NCBI GenBank assembly: GCA_030141605.1
Contig: JAQGDQ010001096.1
Coordinates: forward strand, 27,568 to 41,385
Direction: 5' to 3'
DNA length: 13,818 bases
Source of the DNA: Tubiluchus corallicola
Lineage: Eukaryota; Animalia; Priapulida
Shown: in pieces, positions 1-8,650 of the stretch
Numbering within the stretch: the stretch's first letter is position 1
How the letters are laid out: each line of letters starts with the position of its first letter
The notes under the pieces: generated by a model
Databases searched by the model: none
Seen by the model: the letters and a program-made list of their open reading frames with translations, nothing else
Told to the model about the DNA's origin: nothing
Position numbers and translations under genes: made by a program

Positions 1-312
1 TGTTGCCTTCGCTATCACAAATGTTTACATCACTTCCGTTCTCCAGTAAAAGTTTAACGAACTCTGACTTTTTTCCGAACAGCATAATGTATGGCCGCAG
101 CTGTATGTAATGGAGTGTTGCCTTCACTATCACAAATGTTTACATCACTTCCGTTCTCCAGCAAAAGTTAACGAGCTCTGACTTTTTTTACGAACAGCAT
201 AACGTATGGCCATTGCCAAACTTATCCTTTTTCTTATAAAATTATATAACTTTGACTGTGGTCTCTCTATTGCAGCAAAGAACTCCTGAAAAATGTTTCA
301 TGCAGCGATGGC
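1..312 (-). pseudogene. Inverted ankyrin-repeat segment of the ANK-cGLR pseudogene (copy A), with about 2 visible ~115-bp tandem units
   Basis: Minus strand reads KKDKFGN..., AIHYAVRKK and SEFVKLLLENGSDVNICDSEGN / TPLHTAA pieces separated by frameshifts; unit starts TGTTGCCTTC at 1 and 116. Confidence 0.85.
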
Positions 313-655
313 ACTCTTTTCCTAAATAATCTTAAATTGAAATAGTGCCAATTGCTTGCAATCCATGGCAGCTGCAGTCACCACTGAGGAAAAACTGAAA
401 CTTGAGCATATCGCGTACAACAAAGTCTGCCACACGTTTCACGTGGTTTACCCTGGAGAGATTTACAAAGGTTTGCCAGTAGCATTTGATTTCTCACCTG
501 CTCTTGAGCTTTCTGAAAGTGAATCTAAAACACTGACTATCTTACCATCATCTCAGACACTACAGGGTGAATCCAATGAGGTCTCTCCTTTTCAGTGTCC
601 TGGGTATGACGTTAAACTGCAACTGCAAGCGTTGTAGAGGGGTGGTATCTTACCT
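313..655 (+). pseudogene. cGLR/Mab21-type nucleotidyltransferase fragment with candidate third catalytic Asp strand (copy A)
   Basis: ORF 356..637 contains KVCHTFHVVYPGEIYKGLPVAFDFSPALEL (Asp codon 488-490), resembling the G..YK.L.hshDhhPA strand of invertebrate cGLRs; duplicate of 3046-3390. Confidence 0.65.
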
Positions 656-1286
656 CATCAGAACCGCATCAGAACTTTAAAAAAACAATTGGTTCCAGAA
701 AAAAGCAGAAGATACAGAGCAGTTTACACAGGAAAACAATGATCGAAAATGCAACATTAAATAAAGTTTATGATCCAAGATCCATTAGTTCACATCCGGT
801 ATGGTCGAAAGATGGTGTTCTCTCACCGCCTCTGATGAAATTAAAGACAGATGCATGGAACATTTCAGTGAACTGTTGAACCAACCTTCTGAAGCAGATA
901 CAACCATTTTGGAAGAAATTGAACAGCATCCTATAGATGAATCATTAGATGCACCAATCACATGATCAAGCGCTCAAGAACACCAGACTCGGCAAAAGTC
1001 CTGGTCCATATGGTGTGTTACCTGAAGTTCTTGTACACGGAGGTGCTCGCTTGAGAACTTTCCTGTTCACAATCATCACCTGATTCTGGACCTCAGAAGT
1101 TATCCCGTCTGACATGACTGATCCCAACATCACAAAACTATTCAAAAAAGATGACAAAAGTCAGTGTGACAATTATAGAAGTATATCACTCCTTATTTGT
1201 TGTTGGAAAGGTGTTTGCCGACATCCTTCTACAGAGACTGAAAACCAGCTGAAATAGTATATCCTCAATCTCAATGTGGTTATCGC
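656..1286 (+). mobile_element. Decayed RTE-clade non-LTR retrotransposon fragment (pre-RT region and start of RT), copy A
   Basis: Hand translation with stops and frameshifts: NNWFQKKAED, VWSKDG, EHFSELLNQPS, GKSPGPYGVLPE, LFKKDDKSQCDNYRSISL, QSQCGYR. Left boundary approximate. Confidence 0.9.
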
Positions 1287-1765
1287 GTTATGCATCTACA
1301 TTGAACCTTTTGGCTTGTGATGCTGACAGTAATACCGTGTCCAATGACGGCTGGTCTGCACCTTTAATTGTTGCTGATGATGAAGATGAAGAAGACATCG
1401 ACTTGTTATGCAGCTTTAGTAAAGTCGATAGGATTAGGCCCATTCCTTGTAAACTTACTGCAACGCAAAAAAAGCAGCAGAGAAGTTACATTCTAGGCTC
1501 TTCTCATCATCTAAATATAAAGATAACGAACAAATGTTTCTTATGGCTGCATCAAAGCACAGTGCCAAACTGCTGTTGAACACCTCTTGTCATCTGGGAG
1601 TCGTACTGATTGTAATAAATGTGACGTATTCCGTGTGACAGCTCTAATAACTGCAGGTGCGCACGGACGTCACAAAATTCTACAACTTTTACTCTCTTAT
1701 GGTGCTGACTACACTGCAGCTGATAAGGATGAACAAACAGCTCTTATAGCTGCAGTTAAAAGAGT
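1287..1765 (+). pseudogene. Ankyrin repeats, N-terminal non-inverted part of the ANK-cGLR pseudogene
   Basis: ORF 1587.. reads VTALITAGAHGRHKILQLLLSYGADYTAADKDEQTALIAAVK, a canonical ankyrin repeat; ORF 1274.. has ankyrin-like LLACDADSNTVSNDGWSAPLIVA; the pieces are in different frames. Confidence 0.85.
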
Positions 1766-2060
1766 TTTCTCAATAGAAAACTTGCCATTTTATTTCCTTA
1801 AGGCGACGTCGTATTCGTCTTCCAGGCCAATTTTCGTGCCAAATGAAGAACTTCCTACTAATATAGGATCACATTCAAACTTCAGGTTGATTTTACCAAT
1901 TTCCTGGCAAGCTGCCTTTGCAACGGAAAGAATTTATTGCTTAACATCATCATTCTCTTCATTTTCGGAAAGGTTTCCTAAAAAATTTATTTTGAGTATG
2001 TTGGTGACTTTCTTACATTCCGCTGTGTCTACTTCAGTAGGTGTTATCTTCAGGTATATA
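1766..2060 (-). pseudogene. cGAS-like receptor (cGLR/Mab21) nucleotidyltransferase N-lobe with the GS-x11-EhD motif
   Basis: Minus-strand translation: KQ*ILSVAKAACQEIGKINLKFECDPILVGSSSFGTKIGLEDEYDVALRK*NGKFSIEKT. Gly at 1855-1853, EYD at 1816-1808, same spacing as human cGAS GSYYEHVKISAPNEFD. In-frame stops at 1934-1936 and 1790-1792. Confidence 0.85.
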
Positions 2061-3045
2061 TAATAAGCTTAATAAGTGGCCCACTGTCTCTTTATACTCG
2101 TCGTTTATTGTTATTTCGTTCACTAAGTTTGTGTTCAGATCAAGCGCCGTTAGCCTTTTTTTTGTTTGACTTTTCGATGTTGTCTTTCGCATTTCGGTGT
2201 TGCAGTAAACATTTTACAATGTCACTCCTGATACCTATTTGTGAAAGCGCAGCTGTATGTAATGGACTGTTGCCTTCGCTATTACAAATGTTTACATCAC
2301 TTCCGTTCTCCAGCAAAAGTTTAACGAACTCAGACTTTTTTCCGAACAGCATAATGTATGGCCGCAGCTGTATGTGATGGAGTGTTGCCTTCGCTATCAC
2401 AAATGTTTACATCACTTCCGTTCTCCAGCAAAAGTTTAACGAGCTCTGACTTTTTTTACGAACAGGATAATGTATGGCCGCTGCTGTATGTAATGGAGTG
2501 TTGCCTTCGCTATCACAAATGTTTACATCACTTCCGTTCTCCAGCAAAAGTTTAACGAGCTCTGACTTTTTTTACGAACAGGATAATGTATTCCCGCTGC
2601 TGTATGTAATGGAGTGTTGCCTTCGCTATCACAAATGTTTACATCACTTCCGTTCTCCAGCAAAAGTTTAACGAGCTCTGACTTTTTTTACGAACAGGAT
2701 AATGTATGGCCGCTGCTGTATGTAATGGAGTGTTGCCTTCGCTATCACAAATGTTTACATCACTTCCGTTCTCCAGCAAAAGTTAACGAGCTCTGACATT
2801 TTTTACGAACAGGATAATGTATGGCCGCTGCTGTATGTAATGGAGTGTTGCCTTCGCTATCACAAATGTTTACATCGCTTCCGTTCTCCAGCAAACGTTT
2901 AACATGCTCTGACTTTTTATACGAACAGCATAACGTATGGCCGCATTGCCAAACTTATCCTTTTTCTTATAAAATTATATAACTATGACTGTGGTCTCTC
3001 TATTGCAGCAAAGAACTCCTGATAAATGTTTCATGCAGCGATGGC
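2061..3045 (-). pseudogene. Inverted ankyrin repeats and linker of the ANK-cGLR pseudogene (copy B)
   Basis: Minus strand: YKKKDKFGNAAIRYAV ... SEFVKLLLENGSDVNICNSEGNSPLHTAALSQIGIRSDIVKCLLQH (ORF 2140..2400); stop at 2140-2142 and frameshifts in the linker. Confidence 0.88.
2248..2945. repeat. Six tandem 115-116-bp units derived from ankyrin coding sequence
   Basis: TGTTGCCTTC recurs at 2268, 2383, 2499, 2615, 2731, 2846; CGCA at both array ends (2248-2251, 2942-2945). Confidence 0.95.
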
Positions 3046-4020
3046 ACTCTTTTCCTAAATAATCTTAAAGATGAAATAGTGCCAATTGCTTGCAAATCCA
3101 TGGCAGCTGCAGTCACCACTGAGGAAAAGCTGAAACTTGAGCATATCGAGTACAACAAAGTCTGCCACACGTTTCACGTGGTTTACCCCGGAGAGATTTA
3201 CAAAGGTTTGCCAGTAGCGTTTGATTTCTCACCTGCTCTTGAGCTTTCTGAAAGTGAATCTAAAACACTGACTATCTTACTTTCATCTCAGACACTACAG
3301 GGTGAATCCAATGAGGTCTCTCCTTTTCAGTGTCCTGGGTATGACGTTAAACTGCAACCGCAAGCGTTGTAGAGGGGTGGTATCTTACCTCATCAGAACT
3401 GCATCAGAACTTTAAAAAAACAATTGGTTCCAGAAAAGAGCAGAAGATACAGAGCAGTTTACACAGGAAAACAATGATCGAAAATGCAACATTAAATAAA
3501 GTTTATGATCCAAGATCCATTAGTTCACATCCGGTATGGTCGAAAGATGGTGTTCTCTCACCGCCTCTGTTGAAATTAAAGACAGATGCATGGAACATTT
3601 CAGTGAACTGTTGAACCAACCTTCTGAAGCAGATACAACCATTTTGGAAGAAATTGAACAGCATCCTATAGATGAATCATTAGATGCACCAATCACGTGA
3701 TCAAGCGCTCAAGAACACCAGACTCGGCAAAAGTCCTGGTCCATATGGTGTGTTACCTGAAGTTCTTGTACACGGAGGTGCTCGCTTGAGAACTTTCCTG
3801 TTCACAATCATCACCTGATTCTGGACCTCAGAAGTTATCCCGTCTGACATGACTGATCCCAACATCACAAAACTATTCAAAAAAGATGACAAAAGTCAGT
3901 GTGACAATTATAGAAGTATATCACTCATTAGTTGTTGTTGGAAAGGTGTTTGCCGACATCCTTCTACAGAGACTGAAAACCAGCTGAAATAGTATATCCT
4001 CAATCTCAATGTGGTCATCG
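2731..4020. repeat. Tandem segmental duplication, copy B (matches 1-1285)
   Basis: Direct sequence similarity with scattered substitutions and 1-2-bp indels. Confidence 0.95.
3046..3390 (+). pseudogene. cGLR nucleotidyltransferase continuation with candidate third catalytic Asp (copy B), truncated by RTE
   Basis: TLFLNNLKDEIVPIACKSMAAAV...VYPGEIYKGLPVAFDFSPALEL (Asp codon 3223-3225), in frame with the 1766-2060 segment after re-inversion; no C-terminal lobe visible. Confidence 0.7.
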
Positions 4021-4055
4021 ATGGTATTTTTACCCTCATAGAACTGAGGGAAAAA

Positions 4056-4861
4056 TCAAGGGACCAACGAAGGGACATGTACACTGCCAAGGGAACAACG
4101 AAGGGACATGTACACTGCCAAGGGACCAACGAAGGGACATGTACACTGCCAAGGGAACAACGAAGGGACATGTACACTGCCAAGGGAACAACGAAGGGAC
4201 ATGTACGCTGCCAAGGGAACAACGTAGGGACATGTACATTACCAAGGGACCAACGAAGGGACATGTACACTGCCAAGGGAACAACGAAGGGACATGTACA
4301 CTGCCAAGGGACCAACGAAGGGACATGTACACTGCCAAGGGAACAACGAAGGGACATGTACACTGCCAAGGGAACAACGAAGGGACATGTACACTGCCAA
4401 GGGAACAATGAAGGAACATGTACACTGCCAAGGGAACAACAAAGGGATATGTGCACTGCCAAGGGAACAATGAAGGGACATGTACACTGCCAAGGGAACA
4501 ATGAAGGGACATGTACACTGCCAAGGGAACAATGAAGGAACATGTACATTGCCAAGGGACCAGCGAAGGGACATGTGCACTGCCAAGGGAACAACAAAGG
4601 GATATGTGCACTGCCAAGGGAACAACGTAGGGACATGTACACTGCCAAGAGAACAACGAAGGGACATGTACACTGCCAAGGGAACAGCGAAGGGACATGT
4701 ACACTGCCAAGGGAACAACGAAGGGACATGTACACTGCCAAGGGAACAACGAAGGGACATGTACACTGCCAAGGGACCAACGAAGGGACATGTACACTGT
4801 CAAGGGAACAACGAAGGGACATGTACACTGCCAAGGGAACAACGAACGGACATGTACACTG
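4056..4861. repeat. Minisatellite, 26 x 31 bp (CCAAGGGAACAACGAAGGGACATGTACACTG)
   Basis: 806 bp = 26 x 31 with no length change; one unit corresponds to RT peptide SR(D/E)QRRDMYT between LREK and VFVDFTKAFD. Confidence 0.98.
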
Positions 4862-5244
4862 TCTTTGTTGACTTCACCAAGGCGTTTGATACGGTGAATC
4901 GGGATCTGCTCTACAAAATTTTGGGAAAACTTGGTTGTCCCCAAAGTTCATATGGATAGTCAAGAAGCTGTACTCAAATGTTCATGCTAGACTCATCGTT
5001 GATGGCGAATTGACAGAACCTTTTGAATATATTAGTGGCGTAAAACAAGGGTGTAAATTAGCACCTACCCTATATGGCATCTATTCTGCTGTTTTATTAT
5101 GGCTTGCCTACAAAACCATGGGCTACCAATACAGCATCAAAATCAGGTTTAGATACGACAGCGACATATTTGATCTCTGGTAGACTCAAAAGTAAGACCA
5201 AAGTCTTCACGGAATACATCAGAGAGGCACACTACGCAGATGAT

Positions 5245-5565
5245 CACAGTTTTTCTTAGTTCTCGTTCCATTTCATCTTTCACTACTCCCTCCCACTTTT
5301 ATGTATATATTTCATTATTTCAATTATTAATCACTTCTTTAAGATTTCCACGTACAGTTTGGCCTGTCAAGCTATGCTTTTAGGCTCAAACTGTATGCAT
5401 CAAAATTATTCTGTAATGTAGTTTGCACATGTATATGCTGCATTTTGTAATTTCTGGATAATACTGCATTTATATTTATATTTACTTCAGTAAAATTATC
5501 TGTATTTTTATTATAATTGTTAGATGCAGAGTGGAAATAAATAAACTTATAACTTAACTTAACTT
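5245..5565 (+). mobile_element. 5'-truncated retroposon 3' end (CR1/L2-like 3' UTR or SINE tail) nested in the RTE
   Basis: Flanked by ATGAT repeats (5240-5244, 5566-5570); ends in AATAAATAAA and (AACTT)3; stem-loop at 5351-5397; RT resumes as IVIFSDSAIGLQ. Confidence 0.8.
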
Positions 5566-6365
5566 ATGATATAGTAATCTTCAGCGATTCCGCTATCGGT
5601 CTGCAAGTTTTGCTTAGAGCGTACAACGAAATGGCTGAAAAGATGGACCTCTCCATCAACATCTTTGCCACATCTAACTAACTTGCTAAAGAGAACTCGA
5701 CTGACAAAATTTTGTTATAAAATTGATAGACTGTGAAAAACTGAGGAATGTAAATTGTTTCAAGTACCTCGGTAGTTATGTAACAGAAGATATTTCGATG
5801 AAAGAAGAGCTTACCTCACGTATCCAAGTAGCGTCCTGTGCAAATGGAAGACTACGAAGTAGAGTTTTCAACTCACATGAACTCATCTCGTCAACGAAAA
5901 TCAAAGTTTACAACCAGTGCCTGATGCCCCTACTACTTTACGAGGGGAAACTTGAACTCTTTATTATCACCAAGTCAGACAACTTCGCACTGTACAACAA
6001 CGTCACTTGAGAAGGATCTTGAAAATCAAATGGGATGATTACATTAGTAACGAAGAAGTTTTAACTCTTGAAGGTGTTGAATACATCGAAATCAAATTGG
6101 TAGTAGGTAGACTGGCTGGGCTGGGCCATGTATCTAGAATGCATAATGAGAGACCAGTGAAAGCCCTCCTGTATGGGGAACTAACAGAAGGGAAACGCCC
6201 CACTGGACGCCCTGAGCGAAGATACAAGGCTACCTGTAAAAGCGCTTTGAAATGTGGTGAAGTTCTGGATGAATGGCAAAGAATCGTAGAAGATCGACCA
6301 GCGTGGAGAACAACAACATGGAAAATGTGTAATAAATTCAACGAGAAAAGAGCCAGCGCATATGA

Positions 6366-6799
6366 GAAAAGAAAAGAAAAGAAAAGAAAAGAAAAGAGCC
6401 AGCGCATATGAGAAAAGAAAAGAAAAGAAAAGAAAAGAAAAGAAAAGAAAAGAAAAGAAAAGAAAAGAAAAGAAAAGAAAAGAAAAGAAAAGAAAAGAAA
6501 AGAAAAGAAAAGAAAAGAAAAGAAAAGAAAAGAAATGGAAAGAAAAGAAAAGAAAAGAAAAGAAAGGAAAAGAAAAGAAAAGAAAAGAAAAGAAAAGAAA
6601 AGAAAGGAAAAGAAAAGAAATGGAAAGAAAAGAAAAGAAAAGAAAAGAAAAGAAAAGAAAGGAAAAGTAAAGAAGAGAAAAGAAAAAAGAAAAGAAAAGA
6701 AAAGAAAAGAAAAGAAAAGAAAAGAAAAGAAAAGAAAAGAAAAGAAAAGAAAAGAAAAGAAAAGAAAAGAAAAGAAAAGAAAAGAAAAGAAAAGAAAAG

Positions 6800-6830
<31 letters not shown>

Positions 6831-6984
6831 GAAAAGAAAAGAAAAGAAAAGAAAAGAAAGGAAAAGAAAAGAAAAGAAAAGAAAAGAAAAGAAAAGAAAA
6901 GAAAAGAAAAGAAAAGAAAAGAAAAGAAAAGAAAAGAAAATGAAATGAAAGAAAAGAGGAAGAAGAAGAAGAAGAAGAAGGAAG
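6366..6984. repeat. (GAAAA)n microsatellite (~575 bp) followed by short (GAA)n
   Basis: Directly visible; includes a second copy of AGCCAGCGCATATGA (6351, 6397) and occasional GGAAA/ATGGAAA variants. Confidence 0.99.
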
Positions 6985-7357
6985 CACCTAAGAACAATTA
7001 GTCATTTACTGATTTTTTTCACAGTTAATGAGTTCTATTATTCACTACTGTATATATTATTTTCAAATTATGTTTATTTTTTTATCTGTTTTGCATCGAA
7101 TGTGTTCTGCCCGTTTCCAACTAAAGCTACTTTTAATCCCCTTTACGCTGTGTGTAAGTCTTTGTCACATAATACTGACAAGCACTTGTGGTCATTGTCG
7201 ACTAGTCAGGTAGAAAGCAGATTGCTAGAAGGTTTGTCAGAAGAAAGAAAAACAGTGATGAAGCTTTCAAAAGCGTTACTCAAAGAAGATATTTACGAAA
7301 AACCATTAAAGTTGAATGAAATGAACCTTGAAAACAATGTCGACGATGTCACAACAA

Positions 7358-7713
7358 ATATCGCGTTCGTTTATCGCGGACTTGCTGTTTCGCGGGTTTT
7401 CAAAAATATTAATGTAAAATATTTATCGCGGTATTTTCACTGTTTCGCGGGTTTTTGCGGTACTCCGTCTTAAGTATTTTTGCACATGCGTAATACGTAT
7501 TGTACAGTAATGTATATATTTGATGAATTTTGCATAAAAAATCACAAAATGTTTAAAAATACTTAAAAACATTAATTCTTTTTTAAAGGAGGGTTTATAA
7601 AGACTGAAAATAATGTATAACTACTAAAATAAGTGTAGCTCCTTACTTCGCAGAAATTCACTTATCGCGGGTGGGTCTGGAACGGAACACCCGCGATAAG
7701 TGAGGGAACACTG
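7358..7713. mobile_element. Non-autonomous Tc1/mariner (Tigger/pogo-like) MITE with eroded left end
   Basis: Right end CCCGCGATAAGTGAGGGAACACTG followed by TA (7714-7715); repeated (A/T)TCGCGG motifs at 7358-7450 and ~7665; 16-bp perfect inverted repeat 7658-7673 / 7688-7703. Confidence 0.7.
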
Positions 7714-8650
7714 TATAATAGGTGTGAATGTAGCATTTCGTATTGCACACTTTGTCGGGCAAAATTGTCTGCATTACCAAGTATTTATAGTTTTTGTTGT
7801 GTACTTTATCGAAATTACGAAATACAAACCGAGCAAGTTGATCGACTCTTATCTAATGAAAAGAGTCTTTTGTCGCTTATTGTACCGAGTACGCGATTGT
7901 GGTATTATGTGACCCATTTAATTGTCAGTCTACTACACTAAGGTACTGAATTAGTCTATGCTGCCATCTACAGTCGTTGTTTTACTCTAATTATACAAAG
8001 TTGATCAGAGATTGATTTTTGTTTTTAAATATTGTTTCCTTTTGCTTTTAAAGATAGTCATTAATCAGAGTAATTAGATTGCTAATTTCGTGCTTTAATT
8101 CTGGTTCTAACTCTCTTGTTCAAGTTAAAATAGAGAAAAATTATAACATGATAACACAGCTTTCTGTAAACCAATAATCTTTATTCTGCTATCAAAGAAG
8201 CCAAGTAGACTTTGATTTTGGTTTAACTAGTAGTCTGTAGAGTATAGGTGACCTTTCCATTTATGGTCTATATGCATGAATGTGATGTACCTTCCAATAG
8301 GAACTTGTATGTCTGGTCATGTGATTACAGCTCTATTCTCTCAGGCATGCAAGTTTCAGTTGATCTAGAGACAGCATTGAGAAAGGATGCAAATTTTCTA
8401 CTGTTAAATATCATATTACTAACTTTATGACTGTTTGTTCAATTTTATGATCTGTGAACATTGTATACGTTTTACAATAAAATGATTGCAAATTTCTACA
8501 CCTTTCTTCGTGAACTAGTGTCTGATGATGATGAGTAGAATTGTAATTGTAATACTTTTTTATAGTACATTACGATATTATTGCAATATGGCCAAATGAT
8601 TTGTTATAAACTAATGAAATGAATGAAATGCAAGGGTCAAATCTCTATAG

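Larger units (their letters stand above)
1..1285. repeat. Tandem segmental duplication, copy A (near-identical to ~2731-4020; probably continues left of the window)
   Basis: Colinear match at offset ~2730-2735; ORFs 966..1157 and 3701..3892 translate identically; similarity ends after CAATGTGGT(T/C)ATCG at 1285 / 4020. Confidence 0.95.
1758..3053. other. Internal inversion (1766-3045) bounded by 8-bp inverted repeats AAAAGAGT (1758-1765) and ACTCTTTT (3046-3053)
   Basis: Coding sense switches + to - at the left repeat and - to + at the right repeat; re-inverting gives in-frame KFSIEKTL/FLNNLKDEIVP at one junction and near-register ankyrin TALIAAVK/ECHRCMKHL at the other. Confidence 0.85.
3391..6370 (+). 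mobile_element. 5'-truncated, decayed RTE-clade LINE (RT domain to C-terminus) interrupted by a minisatellite and a nested insertion
   Basis: RT motifs in order: DNYRSISL, SQCG, IDGIFTL, FVDFTKAFDTVNR, GVKQGCKLAPTLY, YADD (5233-5244), FKYLGS, TKIKVY..LLY, GHVSRM..LLYGEL..GKRPTGRP..RYK, EDRPAWR. Many frameshifts and stops. Confidence 0.93.

Noticed and set aside
966-1157. Identical 63-aa minus-strand ORFs here and at 3701-3892
   Set aside because: Antisense to RTE RT sequence; identity reflects the recent duplication.
1288-1443. Minus-strand 51-aa frame MGLILSTLLKLHNKSMSSSSSSS
   Set aside because: The opposite strand gives an ankyrin-like reading consistent with neighbouring sequence; no independent support.
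2108-2796. Plus-strand ORFs such as MAAAVCDGVLPSLSQMFTSLPFSSKSLT
   Set aside because: Antisense shadows of the minus-strand ankyrin sequence.
3000-3045. Minus-strand LHETF/QEFFAAI resembling the NACHT winged-helix motif (also at ~268-312)
   Set aside because: It needs a 2-nt frameshift, has no other NACHT motifs nearby, and another frame (CHRCMKHL...KKDKFGNAAI) fits the ankyrin reconstruction.
4056-4861. CRISPR array (31-bp repeat with palindromic core)
   Set aside because: Units are head-to-tail with no spacers, there are no cas genes, and the unit derives from the host RT sequence.
3908-4959. Long overlapping ORFs on both strands (up to 308 aa) with Cys/His repeats
   Set aside because: By-product of a stop-free 31-bp unit; only the flanking RT residues are meaningful.
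6181-7001. Lys/Arg/Glu-rich and Phe/Ser/Leu-rich ORFs
   Set aside because: Translations of the (GAAAA)n microsatellite.
7716-8640. Short ORFs in AT-rich spacer
   Set aside because: No recognisable domain, repeat or terminal structure.
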